Below are positions 44,609 through 53,114 of a DNA stretch of 64,000 bases, piece after piece. The DNA comes from Bdellovibrionales bacterium. GTDB lineage: Bacteria; Bdellovibrionota; Bdellovibrionia; Bdellovibrionales; JAGQZY01. The notes under the pieces are model-generated. The model was not told the DNA's origin, searched no databases, and worked only from the letters and a program-made list of their open reading frames with translations. The position numbers and the translations under genes were made by a program. The first letter of the stretch is position 1, and every line of letters begins with the position of its first letter. The DNA is taken from contig JAIEOS010000012.1 of the NCBI GenBank assembly GCA_019750295.1, positions 22,605 through 86,604 on the forward strand, read 5' to 3'.

Positions 44609-45616
44609 TTAAGGAGCCGCTGCAGGCTCTGGTGTAAATGTCGCCGTCGGTGATGAAGAATTGTCTTTCCCTTTATTCAGATGAGCAATAAGGATCGCAG
44701 AAGCGATGACCGAGGCTCCCACCCACAAGTAATTCCGTTGAATCCAATTCTTACGACGAGGAAGTGATCCCTCGGTGGCAAACTCGGCCTGATGTCGTTT
44801 TAGAACTTCTTCAGAAAAGCTAGGGGTGTCTGAATTTTGTGGCGAAAGATCGACGATACAATTTTTATTAAAATAAATTTTTAACGGTGCAGAAATGGCT
44901 CTCAATTCATTGGCCAGGGTGTACTTTTCACAATTGCCTCTCACCCAAGGTTCCGGGTTGAGGTTTAATTTTTCGAGCTCTGTCAAGGTGACTACGAGAG
45001 TTTCGTTTTTAAAACTATCGGAAACCAGAGTAAATCGGGCTCGCAAAGGGAGAGCTTCTATAAATTGAGCGTGAGAGGAGATCACTTTTCCGTTTCGCAG
45101 GACCGAGCCATATTTTCGTAGAAGTGGCGGGATGATGATTTGAATTTTACCCACCTGAGCTTGGATCTTTTGGAATAACTCTACCACTGGAGGCGGAATG
45201 AGCTGAGTGTCAGGCTGGAGAGTCTCGTCAAAACCGAGGGCCTCGGTGAGCAGTCGAATCTGCTCGGGTTCAGATTCACTCATTTGCGTGAGGCGCATGT
45301 AAGCGTAGTGAATCGCTTGTCGTTCCTCGGCTGTCCAGTCGCAACTCCATTTGATCTCCGTGATTTTGCGGAAAATATTCTGGGACCGCTTGAGTGAACC
45401 ATTTAAAAAATGAAACTGAGCCTCTTTGAGCTGATCCCGCAAAAAATCAGACTGAGAGCATTGCCTTTGCCACTGCGAAATTGGAGTGCTTTCCTGAAGT
45501 TGAGTATGGACCTGAAATTCTTGAAGATCCACCGGGGGTGCTTTGACGATAACAGATTTGACCGGCTCTTGGGCTCCGGAAAATTTTATAAAAAAAACAA
45601 AAATCCAAACCAACAT
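44609..45616 (-). CDS. Hypothetical bitopic/secreted protein
   Basis: ATG 45616 lies 4 nt after GGAGGA. There is an N-terminal signal (MLVWIFVFFIKFSGAQE) and a C-terminal TM (YLWVGASVIASAILIAHL). No motif recognised. Confidence 0.5.
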   Translation of the reverse strand: MLVWIFVFFIKFSGAQEPVKSVIVKAPPVDLQEFQVHTQLQESTPISQWQRQCSQSDFLRDQLKEAQFHFLNGSLKRSQNIFRKITEIKWSCDWTAEERQAIHYAYMRLTQMSESEPEQIRLLTEALGFDETLQPDTQLIPPPVVELFQKIQAQVGKIQIIIPPLLRKYGSVLRNGKVISSHAQFIEALPLRARFTLVSDSFKNETLVVTLTELEKLNLNPEPWVRGNCEKYTLANELRAISAPLKIYFNKNCIVDLSPQNSDTPSFSEEVLKRHQAEFATEGSLPRRKNWIQRNYLWVGASVIASAILIAHLNKGKDNSSSPTATFTPEPAAAP

Positions 45617-45640
45617 AAATCCTCCATTCACAGATCTATA

Positions 45641-45655
45641 ACAAAGCCTGTGCCA
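45641..45655 (-). promoter_or_regulatory. Possible sigma-54-like promoter (imperfect -12)
   Basis: The minus strand reads TGGCAC-AGGCT-TTGT, 25 nt upstream of ATG 45616. The -12 element is TTGT rather than TTGC. Confidence 0.3.
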
Positions 45656-45759
45656 TTCGTATGGAAGGCAAAACGGCGACGAGCTGCAATTCCTTCCATT
45701 TGAGCGTAGCTCGCCGGGCTCTTTTACTTCAGTTGAGATTCATTTATTAGGATTAGGAA

Positions 45760-46272
45760 TCACATATTAAAGCCAATACGGGATCGAGTTTTCTTTTTCT
45801 CTTTGGCAAACTCAGTTCCTCGAGATTTAGGATTTAGAACAGAAACCGTAAAAGGACCCGGGTATTTCATGATTTGGGGTACCTCACTAAAAGGGACAAG
45901 CACCGCAAAGTGCTGAGGGTTTTTAGGGGCTCGCATAATCTTAATTTTATAAGCGATCCTTTGTGGAACTGGAAGCGAGGGAGTGCTCACGGTAAATAGA
46001 TCAACGACGCCAAAGTCTCCGAGGATGGCATCGAGACTTTCGATGTTGGCCACTTCGATAGGTACCAATGAAAACCCTTCCGGAATGTAAGTGTCCGCAG
46101 TTTCTTCTTCCAAAACAACAGTCGCAGGGATTTCCTTCGATGGGCTTGAAAATAGTTGAGAGACGATCGCGAGAATCGCCAGACCACAAAAAATACTGAC
46201 ATCGCGATGGTGCGTGAGCCAGGATTTTATGTTCTCCCATTTGCGCTGTAGTTTAACGATTTGATTTTTCAT
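45760..46272 (-). CDS. CpaB/RcpC-like pilus assembly protein (short)
   Basis: 170 aa with an N-terminal TM. YIPEGFSLVPIEVANIESLDAILGDFGVVDLFTVS resembles the CpaB segment (IP.G.r.vsv.v......g.i.pGd.VDv). No SAF-like N-domain was recognised. Confidence 0.4.
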   Translation of the reverse strand: MKNQIVKLQRKWENIKSWLTHHRDVSIFCGLAILAIVSQLFSSPSKEIPATVVLEEETADTYIPEGFSLVPIEVANIESLDAILGDFGVVDLFTVSTPSLPVPQRIAYKIKIMRAPKNPQHFAVLVPFSEVPQIMKYPGPFTVSVLNPKSRGTEFAKEKKKTRSRIGFNM

Positions 46273-46417
46273 AATAACTCCTATTCCAACGGTAATGCTT
46301 CAGTTTATTTTTTAAGTCGGACTCATAGAGACTAAAAATCGAAATGAGCGACGCAAACACGGTTAAAAAAATTAGAATTTCGAAAAGAGCCTGTCCTTGC
46401 TGAGAACGGCGTACCAT
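46253..46417 (-). CDS. Mini prepilin-like (TadE/pseudopilin-like) protein
   Basis: This is the C-terminal 54 codons of track ORF 46253-46675: MVRRSQQG/QALFEILIFLTVFASLISIF, with G(-1) and E(+5) as in class III/type IV prepilin leaders. It overlaps both neighbouring genes. Confidence 0.35.
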   Translation of the reverse strand: MVRRSQQGQALFEILIFLTVFASLISIFSLYESDLKNKLKHYRWNRSYYEKSNR

Positions 46418-47241
46418 ACTCCTCCTTCTTGTCGAGGTTGCGCTCCACAACTCTCGACCCACACTCCTAATTGCTTTGAAATTTTCCCGAGCCAAGGAGG
46501 TAAAAAATGTTTTGTATTCCAAGCCATGCGAAGATCCACTCTTTGTCTGATTTCGTAGTTGGGACTTCGTTGATACGTCGGAAGCGATTTTTCTCCAAGG
46601 TAGGTCAACTCTTGGACCTGCAACCGAGCGGAGGTGTGGGTTGCCACCGGCGCTGCCGGCGACGAGCTCCTCCAAGAGTCCTTCGCCGTTTTTGCAATTT
46701 GATGGATGTCGGTTTTAAAGCGAAAAATCTCCTGCCACGCGAGGCTTTCGCTACTCACGATGATCGCTTTCTGTAAGGTCCTTATGCCCACCATTTGCAT
46801 CCGCACCAAATCTAACATGAGTTTGGCTGCGGCTTTGGCCATGGGACTCGGAGCGGTTTTCACAGCCAGCTCAAGCTTTTTCTTTTCGATGATTAAGGCT
46901 TTTACCGTTGGATTTAGTGCGACCAATTCGTCGGCGCCGGCGATGAGTTTTTCCTGGGCTCCCAGCGAGTGCTTTTCGCACGAGAGAAGAATGTGTTGCT
47001 TAGTCGCCAAGACCCAAAAGAAGCCAAATAGCGAAAGGGACACCAGGAGGATCAGCGGAAGTAAGGCACAAAGGGATATCAATACAAATCCTCTGTCGTT
47101 CTTTAGTCGATGATGATGTCTTGAGAGCGCAGCGGGAGAGAAATGCTCGAAGAGTATTTTTTTATAAAGGAATACTTCTTTAAGTTTAAAATTTGAATTT
47201 GGAGAGTGGCTGCGGCTGTAGCTCGTCTTTTGGTTTTCCAT
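46372..47241 (-). CDS. TadG-like membrane-anchored pilus-associated protein
   Basis: Track ORF is 46372-47373; the likely start is ATG 47241 (MENQKTSY). It has a single TM (GFVLISLCALLPLILLVSLSLFGFFWV) as at TadG N-termini. This assignment is weak. Confidence 0.4.
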   Translation of the reverse strand: MENQKTSYSRSHSPNSNFKLKEVFLYKKILFEHFSPAALSRHHHRLKNDRGFVLISLCALLPLILLVSLSLFGFFWVLATKQHILLSCEKHSLGAQEKLIAGADELVALNPTVKALIIEKKKLELAVKTAPSPMAKAAAKLMLDLVRMQMVGIRTLQKAIIVSSESLAWQEIFRFKTDIHQIAKTAKDSWRSSSPAAPVATHTSARLQVQELTYLGEKSLPTYQRSPNYEIRQRVDLRMAWNTKHFLPPWLGKISKQLGVWVESCGAQPRQEGGVWYAVLSKDRLFSKF

Positions 47242-47306
47242 ATTCGTATCACCGTAAAATTTGAAATTGGAATTGCTAAATTGAGTTTTTCTCGAAGTTC
47301 GCGTTG

Positions 47307-47483
47307 TCAATGAGCATCGGATTCGTTCCTCGCTAAACACATCGAAGCTTTGTACACCCAGTAATCCATCCATTGATGCGCAAATAAGAGATACAGTGAT
47401 CCTAAAAGCATACCGATCATCAGGATAAAAAGGGGGAGGAGCAGGGTCGATTCGATGAGAGATTGTCCGCGCCTATTCATCAT
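47307..47483 (-). CDS. TadE-like prepilin/pseudopilin
   Basis: ATG 47483 directly follows GAGGAG. The leader MMNRRG/QSLIESTLLLPLFILMIGML has G(-1)/E(+5). Confidence 0.5.
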   Translation of the reverse strand: MMNRRGQSLIESTLLLPLFILMIGMLLGSLYLLFAHQWMDYWVYKASMCLARNESDAH

Positions 47484-47739
47484 CTCCTCGGCCCTGGGAT
47501 CGCGCGCCGTCAAAGAAATTTCCCATATCTCTTTTTTTAAAGTGTCTTTCAGTGACTGTTTCTACTTGGGCATCGGCGGCTCGGCTATTTTGTAAAGCTT
47601 GAGTCACTCGAGCAAACTTCGCTTGGACCGTTTGATTGAGAACTCGGAGAATGGCCATGGTTCCCACGGCCATAATGGCGACAATGACCAAATACTCGAT
47701 AAGCCCCTGGCCGCGACGATTTTTTAAAAGACGAAACAT
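47473..47739 (-). CDS. flp: Flp-family pilin (long C-terminal tail)
   Basis: ATG 47739 lies 4 nt after GGAGG. MFRLLKNRRG/QGLIEYLVIVAIMAVGTMAIL carries the Flp G/xxxxEY motif. At 88 aa it is longer than typical Flp pilins. Confidence 0.7.
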   Translation of the reverse strand: MFRLLKNRRGQGLIEYLVIVAIMAVGTMAILRVLNQTVQAKFARVTQALQNSRAADAQVETVTERHFKKRDMGNFFDGARSQGRGDDE

Positions 47740-47835
47740 AAAACCTCCGTTTTTTTTTGGAGGAATATGCAATCACCAGGTTCAAGGATTTCGAATTTTA
47801 TTGTTGATCAGTGAAACGTGTCCGGAGCTCGGAAA

Positions 47836-48051
47836 TTACTTCGGCTTCTTTTTGGTCTTATCTTTACGAACCACTAGAATTTTGTCGATGATTTCCAGGG
47901 CTTCGATACGAAGTTCGTTTTCGTAGATAAAGCGATAGAATCCTTCGATTTCTGGGCTTTGACGGAATTTTTTAAGAGATGTGGGAACCTCACCAACGGT
48001 AAAATCAATATTACCTTCGGAATTTACTTTTACTTTTTTATTGGCGCTCAT
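47836..48051 (-). CDS. Small hypothetical protein with Lys-rich tail
   Basis: 71-aa ORF immediately upstream of flp on the same strand, with C-terminus RKDKTKKKPK. No motif recognised. Confidence 0.4.
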   Translation of the reverse strand: MSANKKVKVNSEGNIDFTVGEVPTSLKKFRQSPEIEGFYRFIYENELRIEALEIIDKILVVRKDKTKKKPK

Positions 48052-48152
48052 TCACGTCTCCTGGATGCTTAATAACTATCGTCTCTCAGCGGCGGGGTCA
48101 AGCCTGGTTCTCGTTGTAAGATCTACGAATTTCTTCTATAAAACTAGGAATT

Positions 48153-49004
48153 ATGAAGATTTTAGACGGCAAAGTGGTGGCCACTCACTACAAAGACAGA
48201 CTTAAAAAAGAGATCTCTGATGCAGTAGCTAAGGGCGGGACTCCCGGCTTAGCCGTGGTTCTGATTGGCGACAATCCAGCAAGTCAGGTCTACGTTTCTC
48301 ACAAAATCAAAGCGTGTGCGGAAGTGGGGATTCAAAGCTTCGAAATCAAAAAGCCGTCGACGGTGACCCAAGAGGAAGTGATTGGGGTTATACGCCAATT
48401 GAATAGCGATCCTAAAGTGCATGGGATCCTCGTCCAATTGCCACTTCCCAAGCATCTCGATGCCAATCGCATTATGCAGACGATTGATCCTCACAAGGAT
48501 GTTGACGTCCTTACCTACACAAACATCGGTCGGCTCTACATGGGACGACAAAAAGTCGCTCCTTGCACGCCGTCGGGAGTGATCGAAATGTTGAAGTATT
48601 ACAACTATCCGATCGCCGGCAAACATGCCGTTGTTATTGGTCGTAGCGAAATCGTGGGGAAGCCGATGGCCCTCTTGTTGATGCAGAATCATGCGACAGT
48701 GACCATCTGCCACTCGAAAACCAAAGATTTAAAGGCGGAGGTTTCTCGTGCGGACATCGTTGTGGTGGCGGCGGGGCAACCGCAATTTATTGGTCGCGAG
48801 TCTTTTAAGAAAGATTCGGTGGTGATCGATGTGGGTATTCATCGTCTGGATAACGGAAAGCTGTGCGGAGATGTCAACCCCGAGGGTTTAGACGTGGAAG
48901 CTTTGGCGCCAGTTCCTGGTGGAGTGGGTCCGATGACGATTACGATGCTTTTGCGCAATACTTTTGAACTTTATAAACATGGTCAACACCATCCTCACAA
49001 GTGA
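48153..49004 (+). CDS. folD: Bifunctional methylenetetrahydrofolate dehydrogenase/cyclohydrolase
   Basis: 283 aa with PASQVYVSHKIKAC, HGILVQLPLP, GRSEIVGKPMALLL and PVPGGVGPMTI. Confidence 0.9.
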   Translation: MKILDGKVVATHYKDRLKKEISDAVAKGGTPGLAVVLIGDNPASQVYVSHKIKACAEVGIQSFEIKKPSTVTQEEVIGVIRQLNSDPKVHGILVQLPLPKHLDANRIMQTIDPHKDVDVLTYTNIGRLYMGRQKVAPCTPSGVIEMLKYYNYPIAGKHAVVIGRSEIVGKPMALLLMQNHATVTICHSKTKDLKAEVSRADIVVVAAGQPQFIGRESFKKDSVVIDVGIHRLDNGKLCGDVNPEGLDVEALAPVPGGVGPMTITMLLRNTFELYKHGQHHPHK

Positions 49005-49013
49005 GTCCAATCT

Positions 49014-50108
49014 ATGGAAGCTAAAAGAACTCCTCTCTATGATTTACATATTAAAGCCGGTGGCAAGATGGTCGATTTCGCCGGTTGGGAAATGCCCATT
49101 CAATACTCTGGAATTAAGGAAGAGCACCTCCACACGCGCACAAGTATCGGTGCCTTTGACGTCTCTCACATGGGAGAAATTTGGGTTCAGGGGCCTAAGT
49201 CCCTAGAGACTTTGCAATGGACCACGACCAATGATGTTTCGAAGCTGAAGTCGGGTGAAGCTCATTATTCTCTGTTTCCGAATGCCCAGGGAGGCATTGT
49301 GGACGATCTTATCGTTTATTGCCTAGAGCCGGGACTTAAGTATCTTTTGTGCGTGAATGCTTCGAACACGGATAAAGATTTTAAATTTTTGCAGGAGAAT
49401 AACCGCGGCGCTGTTTTAGAGAACGCCTCCAGCCAGTGGGGGCAGATCGCGATTCAAGGCCCCAAGGCCATGGATCTTTTGGCAGAGTTGATTGGGCCGG
49501 ACATTAAAGGCCTTGGCACCTTTAAGTTTATGGCTTGGTCCTTCGGCGGATCTCAATGCTATGTGGCAAGAACCGGCTACACCGGAGAAGATGGAGTCGA
49601 GATTTTTGTGCCTGCAAATCGGACGGCGGATTTATGGACGGAGCTGTTTAAAGTGGGTGGAGAACGGATCCAACCTATTGGACTTGCAGCTCGCGACACC
49701 TTGCGTACTGAAATGAAGTACTCTCTTTACGGAAATGAAATCAATGACAGCACAAATGCTTACGAAGCTGGCTTAGGATGGGTCGTAAAACCCAAAGAAA
49801 AAGACTTTTTGGGGAAGGACAAAATCCTGGCGTATAAAGAGGCGGGGCTTAAGAAAAAACTCGTCGGCCTAGAAATCACCGGCCGTGGAATTGCTCGTCC
49901 ACATTACAAAGTGTTTTCCTTTGACAAGAAAGAAAGCGGAGAGGTAACTAGTGGAACTCTTTCACCAAGTTTGAACAAGGCGATTGCCATAGCTTGGGTT
50001 GAGAGTCGTGATGCGACTCCCGGGACCGATGTCTTTGTGCAAGTGAGAGAGAAAATGGTAGAGGCGAAAGTTGTGCCTACACCGTTTGTAAAGCCTGGAG
50101 GGCAATAA
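49014..50108 (+). CDS. gcvT: Glycine cleavage system aminomethyltransferase T
   Basis: 364 aa with TPLYDLH, FDVSHMGE and RTGYTGEDGVEIF. Confidence 0.9.
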   Translation: MEAKRTPLYDLHIKAGGKMVDFAGWEMPIQYSGIKEEHLHTRTSIGAFDVSHMGEIWVQGPKSLETLQWTTTNDVSKLKSGEAHYSLFPNAQGGIVDDLIVYCLEPGLKYLLCVNASNTDKDFKFLQENNRGAVLENASSQWGQIAIQGPKAMDLLAELIGPDIKGLGTFKFMAWSFGGSQCYVARTGYTGEDGVEIFVPANRTADLWTELFKVGGERIQPIGLAARDTLRTEMKYSLYGNEINDSTNAYEAGLGWVVKPKEKDFLGKDKILAYKEAGLKKKLVGLEITGRGIARPHYKVFSFDKKESGEVTSGTLSPSLNKAIAIAWVESRDATPGTDVFVQVREKMVEAKVVPTPFVKPGGQ

Positions 50109-50506
50109 TGGCTACGTTTTACGTTCCTGAAGAATACTACTACACTAAAGATCACGAGTGGGCTCAAGTTGACGAGAACATCGTTACCGTGGGTATCACG
50201 GAGTACGCACAAGATGCTTTAGGTGAAGTCGTGTATGTCGATCTTCCTGAAGAGGGTGCGAAAATCACTCAAGGTGAAGAGTTCGGCGTGGTTGAGAGCG
50301 TAAAAGCAGTGAGCGATTTAATTGCTCCTGTTTCTGGAACTGTGATCGAAGTGAATACAAGTCATCTCGAAGATCCAAGTTTAATTAACGACGATCCGAT
50401 GAATGATGGCTGGCTCCTTCGCATCGAAATGGATTCAGAAAAAGAACTCGCGAACCTTATGCGTTCGCCTGAGTACAAAAAGTTAATTACTGACCTTAAA
50501 AAATAA
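50108..50506 (+). CDS. gcvH: Glycine cleavage system protein H
   Basis: 132 aa with YTKDHEWA and the lipoyl-lysine motif VESVKAVSDL. Its ATG overlaps the gcvT stop. Confidence 0.9.
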   Translation: MATFYVPEEYYYTKDHEWAQVDENIVTVGITEYAQDALGEVVYVDLPEEGAKITQGEEFGVVESVKAVSDLIAPVSGTVIEVNTSHLEDPSLINDDPMNDGWLLRIEMDSEKELANLMRSPEYKKLITDLKK

Positions 50507-50513
50507 TTCTTAG

Positions 50514-50597
50514 GCCCGAGTGGTGGAATGGCAGACACGCTAGACTTAGGATCTAGTGCCGCAAGGTGTGCAGGTTCAAGTCCTGTCTCGGGTACCA
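50514..50597 (+). tRNA. tRNA-Leu (anticodon UAG)
   Basis: Hand-folded. The acceptor is GCCCGAG/CTCGGGT with a G1-U72 wobble. The anticodon arm is CTAGA-CTTAGGA-TCTAG, giving anticodon TAG. There is a long variable arm, a T-loop TTCAAGT, discriminator A and an encoded CCA. Confidence 0.9.
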
Positions 50598-50817
50598 ACT
50601 ATACTTTCAAGACACAAAAAATAAAAGCTTCGGAAAGACCTTCCGATGGCCCAGCTTTGTCACTTCACCGTTTTTTTGAACACTTTTCGTCACCTCAATT
50701 CACTCACTATCAATAGACCACAACAGTCCTTTAACTTAATTCATCGCATAAATATTCCCGATTGGCTGATTTCGGGCCCGATTAAATCGGGTGTACAGGA
50801 CGCATTATTATCTAGTC

Positions 50818-50997
50818 ATGAAGACAAGAAACCAAAAGAAGGAAAAGCGTGGTCGACCAAGACAATCGGTAGCGGAGATCGTTGTCCAAGCTACTATCGG
50901 TTCGACGAAATTAGCGGAGCACAAAAAACTTCTCATAAAACAAATCCTTCTAAGTCCAACACATGCTGTACCGGAGGTGTTTGATGATGCCGCTTAG
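50818..50997 (+). CDS. Possible small basic DNA-binding protein (AT-hook-like)
   Basis: This is part of track ORF 50791-50997: MKTRNQKKEKRGRPRQSVAEIV... The RGRP core is AT-hook-like. Its 3-prime end overlaps the recombinase start by 14 nt. It may not be a real gene. Confidence 0.3.
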   Translation: MKTRNQKKEKRGRPRQSVAEIVVQATIGSTKLAEHKKLLIKQILLSPTHAVPEVFDDAA

Positions 50998-52663
50998 AAG
51001 AAGAAGGCTCGTTGTCTACGTAAGAGTCTCATCCGACCAGCAAGCCGACGACATGACCATCGAGATACAAATAGAGAAACTAAAAGATCTTCTGACTATA
51101 ATGGGAATTCTTAATGGCACAAACATGCAATACGAATTCGTACCATGTGATCCACTCAATCACTCGCCAGAAAATCCATCTTTCTTTATTGATAATGGAT
51201 ATAACTTTGAAACTTTTAGAGAAGATACCGCTTTCCACCACTTACAAGAGAACTTTATAAAGGCAGGGCGGGTCGATACCGTAATGGTGTTCAACATCAA
51301 CCGACTCTTTAGGTCCGAAAATCTCGAAGTCGTTGGAAAGACTCTAGATCTTTTTAGAAAACATGAAGTCACAATCTTTTGCGACGGAAGTGAAAAACCA
51401 GCTGATATCGTTCTTACTTTGTTAGCTGCTATGGCCTCACAAGTAAAAACCGACGACTTAGCGAAGATGCATCTTGGAAAGCTTCGTGTTTGCAAGATGT
51501 CCGGCGCACCGCCATCAGGGCAAATAAAGCTCGGGTTTCAATGGCACAAGGAACCTAAACGTAGATATTGGGAACCAATCGAGGAGGAGCTTAGGATTGT
51601 ACGCTGGATCGGCTGCCTCAGCGCGGGAATTGATGATGTAAACCTACCTGATAGTTTAAGAGCCAGCCTCGATAAACAAAAGCTTGGACTCAGCGATAAA
51701 GAAATCTGCGATTTGCTTGCAGCGAATGGCATAAACTTAAAATCGTACGTTTTACGTAAAGACAATGATCGCCTTCTGAGAAGCAACCCCATGGGAGCGA
51801 TCCACGTGGACTGGGTAACAAGAATTTTAACTGACCCTACATATAATGGTCGAATGACATTTTACTTCCGCGACAGCAAAGATATTCGGCGCAAGGAACT
51901 CAAAGTTGAGCGAAGTGAAATCATACACCATTTGGACCGAAAAGTATTTGATGATGATGAATGGAAGCAGATTCAAGAACGACGAACTTTTCGATCTTGT
52001 TACGCTAGGAGAAACGTTAAAAACGAATATTTACTCAAAGACATGATCATTTGCAGCCACTGCGGAAAGCCCTACAGATGTAGTGTTAGTCGAAAAAATG
52101 GTAAAGCTGTAGGCAGCTATTACTATTGTAGTAGGAAGAGGTCCGCAGCAGAGGATGGACGATGTGTCTCACGCAAAAGCTTAAATACTCCGCTTATTGA
52201 AAACAAAATATGGGACGAGGTCGTTAAATACCTTATGGCGCCAGATCACTTAGAAGAAATCACCAAGGATGACAACACACTACTTATTGATCTTCTCCGC
52301 CGTCTTGATGCTAGTCGTATATCTCTCGAACGACGTCTAAATGAGTTTGAAGCGAAGATTTACAGAATAAATTCATTAATTGTAGACGGAGTGCTAACGC
52401 CAGATGATGGCAAAGCACAAAAAAAACGACTGGACTTAGAAAAACATGAACTCAAGAAAAAAATTAAAAATGAAACAAATGCAAAACAGCTACTGCTAAA
52501 CAATCAGAAAGTAATTGATAAAAAATCATTACAGATACAGATAATTGACAGGATTGACTGTCTCAGCTTTGAGGAAAAACGCTCGTTAACTAAACAGATC
52601 GTAAAAAGCATAGTCTGCGATAAAAATTTGAATGTCAAAGTTGAATTTTTCTCGGCAAAGTGA
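50984..52663 (+). CDS. Large serine recombinase
   Basis: ATG 50984 lies 4 nt after GGAGGTG. It has LVVYVRVSSDQQ (catalytic Ser), a recombinase domain, a zinc-ribbon-like CSHCGKPYRC...YYYCSRKRSAAEDGRC, and a C-terminal coiled coil. Confidence 0.85.
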   Translation: MMPLRRRRLVVYVRVSSDQQADDMTIEIQIEKLKDLLTIMGILNGTNMQYEFVPCDPLNHSPENPSFFIDNGYNFETFREDTAFHHLQENFIKAGRVDTVMVFNINRLFRSENLEVVGKTLDLFRKHEVTIFCDGSEKPADIVLTLLAAMASQVKTDDLAKMHLGKLRVCKMSGAPPSGQIKLGFQWHKEPKRRYWEPIEEELRIVRWIGCLSAGIDDVNLPDSLRASLDKQKLGLSDKEICDLLAANGINLKSYVLRKDNDRLLRSNPMGAIHVDWVTRILTDPTYNGRMTFYFRDSKDIRRKELKVERSEIIHHLDRKVFDDDEWKQIQERRTFRSCYARRNVKNEYLLKDMIICSHCGKPYRCSVSRKNGKAVGSYYYCSRKRSAAEDGRCVSRKSLNTPLIENKIWDEVVKYLMAPDHLEEITKDDNTLLIDLLRRLDASRISLERRLNEFEAKIYRINSLIVDGVLTPDDGKAQKKRLDLEKHELKKKIKNETNAKQLLLNNQKVIDKKSLQIQIIDRIDCLSFEEKRSLTKQIVKSIVCDKNLNVKVEFFSAK

Positions 52664-52703
52664 TGTACGAAATCCATTCGTATTAATTGTGGTTGTTTCT
52701 AAA

Positions 52704-53114
52704 TCAACTTAAAAAAATCATAATTGCTGAACCGTCTTCTTTTCCCAAATATTGGAAATCTTCAAAGCTATAGCCTTTTTTTAGTAAAAAATCTTTGATT
52801 GGCTTAAATAAAACGACTTCGAGAAAAATATCAGCATCTTTTTCAGAATAAACTACTGGGTCCCATTCAAGAATTACATGTAAACATTTATTCAATCGAT
52901 CAATTTCGGAAGATTTATTTTTTATTTCGTGGTCAACATAAACGGCACGTAAAATGTCATTAGAAATTTTTAAAGGAGGATTTGCTTTTCCAATATCCAA
53001 AACGAAATCATCTATCGATTTGAGGAGTTCTCGCTCAGCAGGATTGTATGTTACATAAATTGTTTCTAATCCCGCGCTCTCACTGTCTGTCAAAATATCC
53101 TCCATTTTTTTCAT
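52704..53114 (-). CDS. Hypothetical protein coupled to umuC
   Basis: 136-aa ORF whose ATG overlaps the umuC stop (ATGA at 53111-53114). No motif recognised. Confidence 0.5.
   Translation of the reverse strand: MKKMEDILTDSESAGLETIYVTYNPAERELLKSIDDFVLDIGKANPPLKISNDILRAVYVDHEIKNKSSEIDRLNKCLHVILEWDPVVYSEKDADIFLEVVLFKPIKDFLLKKGYSFEDFQYLGKEDGSAIMIFLS

Noticed and set aside
46418-46675. N-terminal 86 codons of the 140-aa track ORF 46253-46675
   Set aside because: This part overlaps the 3-prime end of the TadG-like gene out of frame and looks like non-protein sequence. Only the last 54 codons, starting MVRRSQQGQALFEI, have a prepilin-like signature.
47765-47790. CTGGTGATTGCA upstream of flp, as a possible sigma-54 promoter
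   Set aside because: The GG and GC dinucleotides are 7 nt apart instead of the required 12-nt register of TGGCAC-N5-TTGC.
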